This document shows, in pieces, positions 1 to 10,700 of a stretch of 15,182 nucleotides of DNA. The DNA comes from Thermoplasmatota archaeon (GTDB lineage: Archaea > Thermoplasmatota > Penumbrarchaeia > Penumbrarchaeales > Penumbrarchaeaceae). The DNA lies in assembly GCA_965234725.1 (NCBI GenBank), contig CBDDUX010000068.1, forward strand, positions 1-15,182, written 5' to 3'. Below the pieces are notes generated by a model that saw only the letters and a list, made by a program, of their open reading frames with translations, searched no databases and was not told the DNA's origin. A program made the position numbers and the translations under genes. Every line of letters begins with the position of its first letter. Position 1 is the stretch's first letter.

Positions 1-95
1 TGTTAATAATCTCAATTTTGTACAATGCTGGTTAAGGAATTGCCTTTTACGGCGATTTCCGGTATCGGAGATTCCTTATAATATTTTTTTTCACT

Positions 96-629
96 TCATT
101 TTTTCTCCATTTTATTTTTAAAGAATATTATAATAATAAATATAATTAAAAATATAATCAACAATGCAATAATAATGATGATAACATTAATAGAAGATTC
201 TGGACCTCTTCCATTAATTGGTCTAATAATTTCATTATCATTTTCTAAATATTCGTCAACATTATTATTCTCATCTAAACGAACTTTCAAATCAAATTCA
301 GGTTTATGTGTAAAAGAATAATTATATTCATAGGTTATATTCGGCAAGATATCTTCGTCAAACTCCTTTTCATGAATTAGATCTTCATCAATATATATTC
401 CTAATATCCATGTTCCATTAATTATTTCTGAACCGTTATTCTTGAATGTGACTCTTATCTTGAATTGTTCTTCATCTGAAAAAATATTATTAGAAATATC
501 GATGATCTCTACATTTATAATGGATAAATTCTTTTTATTAACGTTATTTTGACAAGTCGATGTTGGGATCAAAATTATTATCAAAGTTAAAAAGAAGGTA
601 GTCAACTTAAGTGTTTTTGGTATAGTCAT
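96..629 (-). CDS. Small secreted CARDB (Ig-like) domain protein with C-terminal membrane anchor
   Basis: N-terminal hydrophobic signal (LTTFFLTLIIILIP); CARDB-like motifs 'VTFKNNG' and 'VRLDENNNVDEYLENDN'; long Ile-rich TM helix followed by KNKMEKK; GAGGTG RBS just upstream (plus cacctc 634-639). Confidence 0.8.
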   Translation of the reverse strand: MTIPKTLKLTTFFLTLIIILIPTSTCQNNVNKKNLSIINVEIIDISNNIFSDEEQFKIRVTFKNNGSEIINGTWILGIYIDEDLIHEKEFDEDILPNITYEYNYSFTHKPEFDLKVRLDENNNVDEYLENDNEIIRPINGRGPESSINVIIIIIALLIIFLIIFIIIIFFKNKMEKK

Positions 630-882
630 CTAACACCTCTTATTTTCCGGTTACGGCGAAACTGGGAAAGGATCTGTAAATTAATTAACACTTGAAAAGT
701 AACAAACCATTCCCACTTGACAGGCTTGTGAAAGAACAGCTGGTCAATTACAGATGCTTTCCATCAAAATATGATATAGTTATAAGATAGAATAATTTAC
801 CATTGTCACAATATGAAAATATTGGGTTGATGGATTAATTCGAAACTGGATTATCTAACCAGGTAGACGAGGAGGAAAAGAG

Positions 883-3800
883 ATGAGAGAAATAAAGCTC
901 ACCCTTTTGATATTTATTATTGCATCATTAATATCAATTATTTTTCTCATTCCACCAATGTGTGCTAACCAGGCAAAGGTTTCGGTATCTTACGATGATT
1001 TATATGACCGAGAAATGGAGATTTTCGATTCATACTTCATCCAGAATATGGGTCAGATGGATTCTGGTGAGATTCTGTTCTATTCAAGGGGAGGGAACAT
1101 TTTCTTCACTCCAGATGGCGTTCTCTATCGGTTCAGTGAGATGGAGCCTATCGATATAGATAAATCAGATCTCGATCCTATTGGCGGACACATTAAACAA
1201 TCCCCGAGCGAATATCACGAATGGGGAGTGGTCCTGAAGTATTCCTTCATCGGGTCGAACAATGTTATCCCTGAAGGCAGGGATCAATGCACCTGGAACA
1301 CGAATTATTTCAAGGGGAGCGATCCGGAGAAATGGTATACTGAGGTGCCAAACTATAAGGAAATTGTTTATCCAGAGTTATGGGATGGGATCGATCTTGT
1401 CTATCGGCTTAAGGAAGGATCGATCAAATACGATCTAATAATTCATCCGGGTGCAGATCCCTCAGATATTCGGATCCGGATAGATGGCGCGAATGGTCTT
1501 TCAATAAATCTCCAAAGAGATCTTGTCATTGGAACGGAATATTGGGATATCATTGATAGTGGATTGATTTCGTATTATGGGGACGGATCGGGTGGATCAA
1601 TCCCGTGCAGGTTCGAACTGATGAATGATTGTGAATTTAAAATCAGTCTGGGAGCATTTGATAGGAGTAGAAATGTAGTGATCGATCCGCTTATTAATTA
1701 CTCGACGTTCATCGGCGGATCGGGTGCGGATGTTGGAAATGATATCGCGATCGATATTAGCGGGAACGCATACATAACTGGATATACTGATGATGGAACA
1801 ACCGATTACCCGACCACAACCGGAGCATTTGACACGATGCATAATGGGTTTACTGATGTGTTCGTGACCAAACTGAATCCTGATGGCTCGTCATTGGTGT
1901 ATTCGACGTTCATCGGTGGATCGTATAAGGATGATGGATGGGGTATCGTGATCGATACCAGCGGGAACGCATACATAACTGGATATACTAAAGATGGAAC
2001 AACCGATTACCCGACCACATCTGGAGCGTTTGACACGACACATAATGGAGAATCTGATGTGTTCGTGACCAAGCTGAATCCTTCTGGTTCTTCGTTGGTG
2101 TATTCGACGTTTTTAGGTGGATCGGAAACTGATAGTGGAGAAGATATCGCGATCGATACCAGTGGGAATGCATACATAACTGGAGTTTCTGATGGTAACG
2201 ACTACCCGACCACATCAGGAGCGTTTGACAGGACACATAATGGAGGATATGATGTATTCGTGACCAAGCTGAATCCTTCTGGTTCTTCGTTGGTGTATTC
2301 GACGTTTTTAGGTGGATCGGAAACTGATAGTGGAGAAGATATCGCGATCGATACCAGTGGGAATGCATACATAACTGGAGTTTCTGATGGTAACGACTAC
2401 CCGACCACATCAGGAGCGTTTGACAGGACACATAATGGAGGATATGATGTATTCGTGACCAAGCTGAATCCTTCTGGTTCTTCATTGGTGTATTCAACGT
2501 TCTTAGGTGGATCGGGGGTGGATACTGCTAGGGATATTGCGGTCGATTCCAGTGGAAACGCATACATAACTGGAGGTTCTGGAGCAAACTACCCGACCAC
2601 ATCCGGAGCGTTTGACACTACGTATAATGGAGATACTGATGTATTCGTGACCAAGCTGAATCCTGCGGGATCGTCGTTGGTGTATTCGACGTTTATTGGT
2701 AGTTTGGCTATGGATGGTGGGTTGGGTATCGTGATCGATACCAGCGGAAACGCATACATAACTGGAGTTTCTGATGGTAACGACTACCCGACCACATTCG
2801 GAGCGTATGACACAACATTCAACGGAGGTCTTGATGTGTTCGTGTCCATGTTGAATCCTGCCGGATCGTCGTTGGAGTATTCGACGTTCATCGGTGGATC
2901 GACTTTCGAGTATGTAAATAGTATTGCTATCGATACTAGCAGGAACACATACATAATCGGACGTTCTGATGTAACAACCGACTACCCGACCACATCTGGA
3001 GCGTTTAACCCGATACATAATGGAACTACTGAGGTGTTCGTTACAAAAATGAACTTCGATATTGATATTACGCCACCCGTTTTTAGTTCAGATAATTGCG
3101 ATAGAAATGCAACCACTGGCGAGCAATTCAAATTCGAAGTTGTGGTCTCGGACAATATTGAATTATCGGTAGTGTATGTGAAGTTTAGGTTCGGAGATGG
3201 ATCCTTTACAAATTCAATAATGAGCGGCTTTGGATCGTTTAAATATAGTATCACAATACCTTATCGTTCGATAGATTCACTCCATTACTTATTTCAAGCA
3301 GTGGATAATAGTGGAAATACAGCTGAAACCTCTGAAAAAACAATAACCGTGGTGGACAATGACAGACCCGAATTCGGTTCTGATTTCACACCAACAATGG
3401 GAACAACTGGAGAATCACTATCATTCAGTATATCAGTATTTGATAATATCGATGGTTCGTCAGTCTTTGTTGATTACCGCTTGGGATTGGATATGAATAT
3501 TAACGCAAGCATGTCTGGTCCAAATATCTTCAACCATTCTATAGAAATACCACAGAATTTTTCAGGTGAGATTTATTATCATTTTTCCTCTGTTGACAAT
3601 TCAGATAATTGGAATTCTACAAGCCAGAAAACCATTTTAATACTGGATGGAGTTCCTCCAACATTTATCAATGACCTTACTCCAGATCAGATTGGTACTG
3701 GAGAAATATTGGAATTCATGGTGGAGGTATCCGACAATATCGAGGTTTCTTCAGTTACTGTGGAGTACTGGATCGGGTCTGGAGATAAGGTGAATGAGAG

Positions 3801-4896
3801 CATGTCCAAATCAGATATTTTCACTTATAGTATTACGATTCCATCGAATTCAACCGATACGATTTGGTACATTTTCCATGCATCCGATCCAGAGAATAAT
3901 TGGAGGTCTATCCAAGGATCAGTTGTCGTGTTTGATACACTTCCCCCCCATGCGGAGTTTGTCATCGATTCAAGAATTGAAGAGGACAAGGAAGTCCTAT
4001 TGGATGGATCAGGATCCTATGACAACATCGAGATTTCAGATTGGATATGGAAAATTGCGGGCGACTCACAACAGAAAATATTCCATGGTAAAATTGCGAA
4101 CCATATATTTTCTGATCCGGGGAACTACACGATTGGGTTGAAGGTGTTAGACCTTGCCGGGAATTGGGATATAAAAGTGATGGAAATATCAATAATCGAC
4201 ATTACACCACCTATTGCCGATGCCGGAGAAGATTGTTTTATTCCTGAAGGATTTAATTTAATCTTCGACAGTTCTGAAAGTTGGGATAATGTTGGAATAG
4301 TGGATTGGTCATGGATATTTATCGATGAGGTTGTTATCGTCCTACAAGGTCCTTCTCCAAATTATACATTCATGAATCCTGGTGTTTTCGAGATCACTTT
4401 GACCGTGAATGATGGGGATGGAAATTTTGGAATGGACAATATGACAGTGAATGTGCGAGATATCACTCCACCGATAGCTAATGCCGGACGGGACCAGACG
4501 TTGTTGATGGGATCGATAGGGATTTTAAATGGATCAGTTTCGAAAGATAATGTCGGGATTGTAAACTGGACCTGGTCTTTCAATATAACAAATGAAGCTG
4601 TGATCCTTTACGGAAAAACTGTTGAGTTCAATTTCACCATCCCAGGAAATTACACAGTGTCACTCATAGTAAAGGATAGAGAAGACAACACTGGATCAGA
4701 CACAACGGTCATTAATGTAACAATGATAAAACAAGATGATAGTGAAAAAGAAAATGGGAGGTCATTGTACAATTATTGGTGGACGATTATTGTTATTCTA
4801 GGACTTGTAAGTTGCATATGGATTATTATCACAATTAGGAAAAAAAATCAAAAGAACAATATTTCTATCTCATATCCATCTGAGATTGAGAAGTAG
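883..4896 (+). CDS. Large surface protein: signal peptide, SBBP-associated N-terminal domain, 7 SBBP beta-propeller repeats, 3 Ig-like repeats, 3 PKD domains, C-terminal TM anchor
   Basis: 1337-aa ORF with GGAGG RBS at 871-875. 'FIQNMGQ...TNYFKGSDPEKW...YKEIVYPELWDGIDLVY...IKYDLIIHPGADP' is the N-domain usually found before SBBP repeats. Seven 'YSTF(I/L)G..D....IAID.SGNAYITG...DYPTT.GAFD...NG..DVFVTKLN' units; PKD motifs 'PPIADAG..S.S.DN.GIV.W.W...F..PG.Y..TL.V.D..GN'; TM plus RKK at the end. Confidence 0.9.
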   Translation: MREIKLTLLIFIIASLISIIFLIPPMCANQAKVSVSYDDLYDREMEIFDSYFIQNMGQMDSGEILFYSRGGNIFFTPDGVLYRFSEMEPIDIDKSDLDPIGGHIKQSPSEYHEWGVVLKYSFIGSNNVIPEGRDQCTWNTNYFKGSDPEKWYTEVPNYKEIVYPELWDGIDLVYRLKEGSIKYDLIIHPGADPSDIRIRIDGANGLSINLQRDLVIGTEYWDIIDSGLISYYGDGSGGSIPCRFELMNDCEFKISLGAFDRSRNVVIDPLINYSTFIGGSGADVGNDIAIDISGNAYITGYTDDGTTDYPTTTGAFDTMHNGFTDVFVTKLNPDGSSLVYSTFIGGSYKDDGWGIVIDTSGNAYITGYTKDGTTDYPTTSGAFDTTHNGESDVFVTKLNPSGSSLVYSTFLGGSETDSGEDIAIDTSGNAYITGVSDGNDYPTTSGAFDRTHNGGYDVFVTKLNPSGSSLVYSTFLGGSETDSGEDIAIDTSGNAYITGVSDGNDYPTTSGAFDRTHNGGYDVFVTKLNPSGSSLVYSTFLGGSGVDTARDIAVDSSGNAYITGGSGANYPTTSGAFDTTYNGDTDVFVTKLNPAGSSLVYSTFIGSLAMDGGLGIVIDTSGNAYITGVSDGNDYPTTFGAYDTTFNGGLDVFVSMLNPAGSSLEYSTFIGGSTFEYVNSIAIDTSRNTYIIGRSDVTTDYPTTSGAFNPIHNGTTEVFVTKMNFDIDITPPVFSSDNCDRNATTGEQFKFEVVVSDNIELSVVYVKFRFGDGSFTNSIMSGFGSFKYSITIPYRSIDSLHYLFQAVDNSGNTAETSEKTITVVDNDRPEFGSDFTPTMGTTGESLSFSISVFDNIDGSSVFVDYRLGLDMNINASMSGPNIFNHSIEIPQNFSGEIYYHFSSVDNSDNWNSTSQKTILILDGVPPTFINDLTPDQIGTGEILEFMVEVSDNIEVSSVTVEYWIGSGDKVNESMSKSDIFTYSITIPSNSTDTIWYIFHASDPENNWRSIQGSVVVFDTLPPHAEFVIDSRIEEDKEVLLDGSGSYDNIEISDWIWKIAGDSQQKIFHGKIANHIFSDPGNYTIGLKVLDLAGNWDIKVMEISIIDITPPIADAGEDCFIPEGFNLIFDSSESWDNVGIVDWSWIFIDEVVIVLQGPSPNYTFMNPGVFEITLTVNDGDGNFGMDNMTVNVRDITPPIANAGRDQTLLMGSIGILNGSVSKDNVGIVNWTWSFNITNEAVILYGKTVEFNFTIPGNYTVSLIVKDREDNTGSDTTVINVTMIKQDDSEKENGRSLYNYWWTIIVILGLVSCIWIIITIRKKNQKNNISISYPSEIEK
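2062..2483 (+). repeat. Exact 195-bp tandem duplication (2 copies plus 32 bp) inside the SBBP repeat array
   Basis: 2062-2256 and 2257-2451 read identical by eye and identity continues to 2483; the translation has two identical 65-aa units. Confidence 0.9.
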
Positions 4897-5121
4897 GTCT
4901 TTAATTCAAATATCCAGTCTTTGGATTGCCGTCTTCGTCCAGATGAGGAATGGACTTATACTGATTTATTCTTTCCTCTCCCTGGTGGAATTAAGAACTT
5001 CTTGATGCTTGTAAATGATATCTTTCTCCAAATATTATATTCATTTATGAGATCGTACCTCATCAACATTATTGTCAGATTTCTTTTTTGTTTGGGGAAA
5101 GGATCCAAATGAAGTTGATTA

Positions 5122-7215
5122 CTATTCGAAGTAATACACTTTCTCGATATTGACCTTCCTTCGAAGACTGAAAAATAAAATCAGTAAGATGACTAACACG
5201 ATGACGGAAAAGACCACGATCAAGACGATGTTCAACAATTTAAGATCATCCAACTCTTCTCTTAAATCGTCAAGGTGCGAGTCCGTGGAATCCTGGGAGT
5301 CCTGAACAGTATCCTCAACTGAATCAAGATCGTTCTCAATCATATCAAGGTCTGAATTCAAGGAATCCTGAGAGTCCTGAACGGTATCGATATCATTTCT
5401 GGTCATATTGAGATCATAAAGAAGAGAATCCAGTGATTCCCCAATTTGGTCAAGTTTGATCCTGAGAGAATATATTGTACCCAGAATGTAATCGATATCG
5501 CCACCTGTTATTTTCAGATCGGATTTCAGAGAGCTCAGGTTCTTCCATAAGGTCTCCAGATCACCATTGGTCAAATCCAGGTCGGAGTTCAGTGAGCTCA
5601 GGTTCTCCCATAAGGTCTCCAGATTACCATTGGTCAAATCCAGGTCGGAGTTCAGTGAGTTCAGGTTCTCCCAAACAGAACCTATTTCGTCAATAATTAG
5701 GTTCAGCGTATGTTCCAGAGAACTCAACTTCTCAAAAACCAAAGCCATATCCTCCAACAGAAAAGGTATTGGATCAATATAGGTCACATTCCTGGAAACC
5801 GTGAGGGAATTATCCCAAGTGTCTGTAGCGGTTGCAACGATAGTATTGATTCCATTAGATAGGGATATCTTGCACGAGAATGATCCATCGGATCTCACCT
5901 TTACTAATATCCCATTTACGCTCAGAACCGCTCCAGGTTCCGTTGTACCATATACATTCACAAAAGGTTCCTCTGTGATCAAACCGTCGGATGGACTTTC
6001 TAGGAGAAGTGAAGGGGATGTTGTGTCCGGAATAACATATCGGTTCGACCAGATGTGGTCGTAGGTTCCACCCGATTGAGACCAGATGGCCAATGCATTC
6101 CCAGATGGATCGATTGTCACTTGTGGATTGATAGCGGTCCCAGAATTAACCGTTTCGATCAGCCTGGCCGTTCCCCAACCTGTGCCATTAGTGAACCTGT
6201 TCGACCAGATATTGTTCCGGGTTCCATCAGATTGATACCAAACAGCCGTCGCGTTCCCGGTAGTGTCAACGGCCACCTGAGGATTTTCAGCATTTCCGGA
6301 ATTGTCTGTTTCGATCAGCTCTGCTGTTCCCCAACCTGCGCCATTAGTGTACCTGTTCGACCAGATATTGAAGCTGGCTCCATCGAGTTGATGCCAAACA
6401 GCCACCGCGTTCCCGGATGGATCAACTGCTACCTTCGGAGTGATAGCATAACTAGAAGTGCCAGTTTCTATCAGCTCTGCTGTTCCCCAGCCTATCCCCT
6501 TTGTGAATCGATTTGAGTAGATGTTGTAATTAGTGGCATCGATTTGATACCAAACAGCCACCGCGTTCCCGGATGGATCAACTGCCACCTGTGGAAAAAA
6601 AGCACTCCCAGAGTCGTCAGTGTCTATCAGCTCTGATGATCCCCAGCCTATTCCCTTTGTGAATCGATTTGAATATGCATTAAACTTTAAACCATTGAAT
6701 TGATACCATACGACCACCGCGTTCCCGGATGGATCAACTGCCACCTGCGGATTTTGAGCAGGTCCGGAGTTGTCGGTTTCGATCAGCCTAGCCGTTCCCC
6801 AACCTGTACCAGCAGTGTACCTGTTCGACCAAACGTTGTAGAGGGAGCCATCGAGTTGATGCCAAACAGCCACCGCGTTCCCAGATGGATCAACTGCCAC
6901 CTGCGAATTTTGAGCATAACCAGAAGTGTCAGTTTCTATCAGCTCTGGTGATCCCCAGCCTATTCCCTTTGTGAATCGATTTGAGTAGATGTTGGTATTA
7001 GTAGTACCGGTTTGTTGCCAAACAGCCACAGCGTTCCCGGATGCGTCGACATCAATTTGCGGAAAAAGACCCCATTCCAAATTGTCTGTTTGGATTAGTT
7101 CTGCAATTCCCCAACCCGAAAATTGGGTTGCCTCAACTGGAGATGCTGTGTTTAGCACTCCCAGAAATGCAATGACCAATATTACACCAATTATCAATCG
7201 CCTTTCTCTGAACAT
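5122..7215 (-). CDS. Membrane-anchored surface protein: seven ~52-aa repeats (likely 7-blade beta-propeller), Ig-like domain, coiled-coil stalk, C-terminal TM
   Basis: Repeat 'GWG.AELIETD.SG.A.NPQVAVDPSGNAVAVW.Q.DG...NI.SNR(F/Y)T.G' x7; 'V.GTTEPGAVLSVNG...DGSFS..I.L..G.NTIVATATD...N' Ig-like domain; heptad-rich stalk; TM then RRK. ATG at 7215 (MFRERRLII..., signal peptide) is preferred to the TTG at 7239. Confidence 0.85.
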   Translation of the reverse strand: MFRERRLIIGVILVIAFLGVLNTASPVEATQFSGWGIAELIQTDNLEWGLFPQIDVDASGNAVAVWQQTGTTNTNIYSNRFTKGIGWGSPELIETDTSGYAQNSQVAVDPSGNAVAVWHQLDGSLYNVWSNRYTAGTGWGTARLIETDNSGPAQNPQVAVDPSGNAVVVWYQFNGLKFNAYSNRFTKGIGWGSSELIDTDDSGSAFFPQVAVDPSGNAVAVWYQIDATNYNIYSNRFTKGIGWGTAELIETGTSSYAITPKVAVDPSGNAVAVWHQLDGASFNIWSNRYTNGAGWGTAELIETDNSGNAENPQVAVDTTGNATAVWYQSDGTRNNIWSNRFTNGTGWGTARLIETVNSGTAINPQVTIDPSGNALAIWSQSGGTYDHIWSNRYVIPDTTSPSLLLESPSDGLITEEPFVNVYGTTEPGAVLSVNGILVKVRSDGSFSCKISLSNGINTIVATATDTWDNSLTVSRNVTYIDPIPFLLEDMALVFEKLSSLEHTLNLIIDEIGSVWENLNSLNSDLDLTNGNLETLWENLSSLNSDLDLTNGDLETLWKNLSSLKSDLKITGGDIDYILGTIYSLRIKLDQIGESLDSLLYDLNMTRNDIDTVQDSQDSLNSDLDMIENDLDSVEDTVQDSQDSTDSHLDDLREELDDLKLLNIVLIVVFSVIVLVILLILFFSLRRKVNIEKVYYFE
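5488..5676 (-). repeat. Three 63-bp (21-aa, three-heptad) tandem repeats in the coiled-coil stalk
   Basis: 'tcaggttct..ca' recurs at 5535, 5598 and 5661; protein WENLNSLNSDLDLTNGNLETL / WENLSSLNSDLDLTNGDLETL / WKNLSSLKSDLKITGGDIDYI. Confidence 0.85.
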
Positions 7216-7707
7216 AAATAGTCCCGCATATATATACAATCAACTTTCAATATAACCATTCCGTTTATCACAGAGCTATTTTTTTACCGGGTAGGTATCT
7301 TATTATTACAGAGTAGAGGTCTGACAACATCATAGATGTCCATATCAAGACTTTTCTTCTTCTTATTAATATTTAAATTTCAGACACCATCGCTGGGTGA
7401 ATTGATTGTTGTAATGAATTTGAAAGGAAAAATAGCCTTAAAATATTTGCCATTTACGTCCATTCCAGGAACACCTTCTCAACATTTAGATTTTGCCTCT
7501 CTCGGCGAAAGAAGGAATTGATCAATCTTGCTTCGATTGTTCAGATTAAAGCATTGATCCGTTTGGTAAACTGCCACAACAACTAATTAAAATCACGTGG
7601 CCAGACCATGGACATCCCAACTGCCAGAACCCATTATTATAACCTCAACCAATCTTCAAAGGAAGAAAATGTAAGGCTTGCCCTGAGTCTTTTCGGAGGA
7701 CGAACAA

Positions 7708-10700
7708 ATGAAAACCATTTTAACGGTATTGATCGCATCGATCATGATGATCTCGGCGGTGTCCATTTTCGTTGGTGATTACGAGGCCGAAAGTATTCTC
7801 ACCGACGGATCAATTCTTAGCGAGAGAAGTGCAATTGATATAAACGGTAATTCGGATTTCAATTCCCAGAACGGAGTTGCATCAGGTTCTGGTAGTTTCT
7901 CCGACCCGTATATAATAGAGAATTTCAGATTTAATACATCGGGAGATAACGGGATCGATATCAGAAATACGGATTCCCATTTTATAATAAGGAACTGCTG
8001 GATATCAGCAGGTAATGACAAACGCAGTGAATTTACGGGTTTATCCTTAATTAATGTTAAAAACGGATCGATCACCAACTGTAAGTTAGATCATAACCAT
8101 AATGGAATATATGGGAACGACGCCTACAATATCCACATTCATAATAACACCATCACCGAGAATTTAAATGGTGTCTTTCTTAGTCTTAACTGCAGGAATC
8201 TTACCATTACCGACAATGAATGTAATCTTAATGCCGTAGGTATGGTCTTGGAGCAGGATATATCCGATTGCTATATTGCGAATAATACTTGTTTTAAGAA
8301 TTTGCTATCAGGCATTGCCTTATGGGACCAGTGTAGTGGCAATATAATTGAGAATAATACCTGCAGTGAGGCTTACTTGGGCTATAATCCGAAAAAAGAC
8401 ATGGGTGGATCAGGTATCTATCTCACAAGATCGGACAATAATACTATCAAATTCAACACCTGCGATAAGAATACGGGATATGGGATTTCCCTTTACGATT
8501 CCAAGAGCAACAAGGTGAATAATAATTATCTGTCTAATAATCGGGCACACGGAGAAGGATTTAACAGGTACGGATTAAACATTCAAAATTCCTGGGGAAA
8601 TGTCTTCAAAGATAATATCCTGACGAGGTGCGGAATCAATCTTTATTATGACAATCCAGGTAGTTCCTTCAATTTCATTGATGGTTCAAATAAGGTGAAC
8701 GGAAAGGGCATAATCTACGTCAAATCAGATAAGACAAGTAAAACATACTCAGGCGACATAGGTCCTATTATCCTACATAATTGTGGAAACAAGACAATTA
8801 AAGGTATGGAGGTGGTTAATATACCTTCCAGCATCATAGTGATAAATTCCGATAACATCACAGTAGAAAAAAGCAGTTTCAGTAGTTTTTCCTCCGGGAT
8901 CAAGATCCAATATTCGAAAGATGTAACTATATCAAACAATTCGATCGAACACGGATATTTCTGGGGGATCTCTATGGAACATACGGAGCGCTCTCTGATC
9001 AAGAACAACAGGTTCGATAACATAGAGGGCAAAGGTATCGAATCTTTTTATGGATCGGATGGATCGCCGATCATCATGGACAACAATTCATTCATGGATT
9101 GTGGTACGGGAATCGGGTTGGTCGACAGTAATTACAGGATCTCGAATAACCTCTTTTATTCATGCCGTTACGCTGGCATCTCATTACAGAAGTCAAGAGG
9201 CGAGATAATCGGGAACAAGATCGTTTCTAACGATGTGGGGATCTCGGGAGGTTCCTGCTACGATAGTGTGATTGAGGGAAATGTCATCATGGGAAATGAT
9301 TTTGGTATAGATGTATCAGCACAGGGAAAGGTCCTGATAAGGAAGAATAATATCACGGAAAACGAGAGATATGGGATTTCCGTAAGGGAATATTCTTCGA
9401 ATGGGATCTCGATTCATCATAATTCATTCTACGAAAACAATAACGGATACGTTCAGGGATCGGACGGGAGCCAATTAGCCAACTGGGACGATGGTATATC
9501 ACAAGGTAATTACTGGTCCGATTATGATGATAAGTATGTTCCTTCCGCGTCAAATGATTATGTCACTTGGAACATGACCTATGTCGTTGACGATGGCTCC
9601 GTCCCCTCATCACTTAATAATATTACGAGAAAGACGAGATCTGGAGGTGTTACGAATTTTGGCGATGATTATCCGCTGGTGTATCCGCCGGTAAATATCT
9701 CTTATACACTTGCACTTACTACCATCCAGAATAAGACGGCATACGTTGATCATGAGTACAACGTCTCAGCCCGGATTATATATTCTGAGGAATACTCTAG
9801 ATTGGACCGGTCTGCGGACACCAATGCAAGCTGGTTAAGAATAATTGAATTCAGCGATCATCACTTGATAAAAGGAACACCTAAAGCTTGGGATATTGGA
9901 GAATATTGGGTTCATCTATCGGCCACGGATGGCATACTGGAATATCATCTAAATTTCACAGTGACAGTGGGTGTTAGACCTCTTTTGATCACGACCTCAA
10001 ATGTTGTTACCGTTGACCAGGGTTGTCAATACTGTGTCGATTATGACGTGGGAGGCGATCAGGAAGGTCTGTCGTGGCAGTTGGAAACGTATGCGGGATT
10101 CCTGTCTTTAAACAATGAAACCGGGGTTCTTTCAGGCTCTCCGGGTTGGAATGACGTTGGGTCCTTTTTCGTCAATATCTCCGTTAAGGACGGAGTCCAT
10201 ACGGTCCACACATCGTTTCGATTGACCGTGAATGATGTCAATGATCCACCCCAGGACCTCGAGATATTGATAGTATCTACAGATCTCATGGAGGGTGGAA
10301 ACCAGATAGTATCTGCGAGTTTCTTCGATCCAGACATTGGTGATAACGCATCCGTGTCATGGTATGTGGACGGGGAACTTGTATGCAATGAAATTACGTT
10401 CAACCTCTCGCTGCCAGATGGTAATTACACACTCACTTTGAGGATCACCGATTCCAAAGGCATTTATTCCGAGACGTCGATCTCCATCAGAGTGAGGGAA
10501 AATAGGTCCCTTGGATCCGATCTGGATCCTAAAGGGATCAACAGGGCCATGATAATATTACTTGCAACTCTTATCATTATCATAGTAATAATACCTTTAT
10601 TGGTTGTCTTGAGAAGACGGAGACCAAATGAGAAGGGGGAACGTGTTTCAGAAGTTCAGATTTCTCCAAATAGCGGAAGAGCGGTACCCTTCGGAAGATC

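Noticed and set aside
1684..3054. CRISPR array
   Set aside because: The periodicity comes from protein repeats (~195 bp) with homologous 'spacers', and there are no cas genes.
4921..5112. 63-aa ORF between convergent genes
   Set aside because: TTG start, no RBS and no recognisable motif; likely intergenic.
1684..7116. Diversity-generating retroelement TR/VR pairs among the near-identical repeats
   Set aside because: The repeats are in-frame coding units, the differences I compared are not adenine-specific, and no RT is present in the window.
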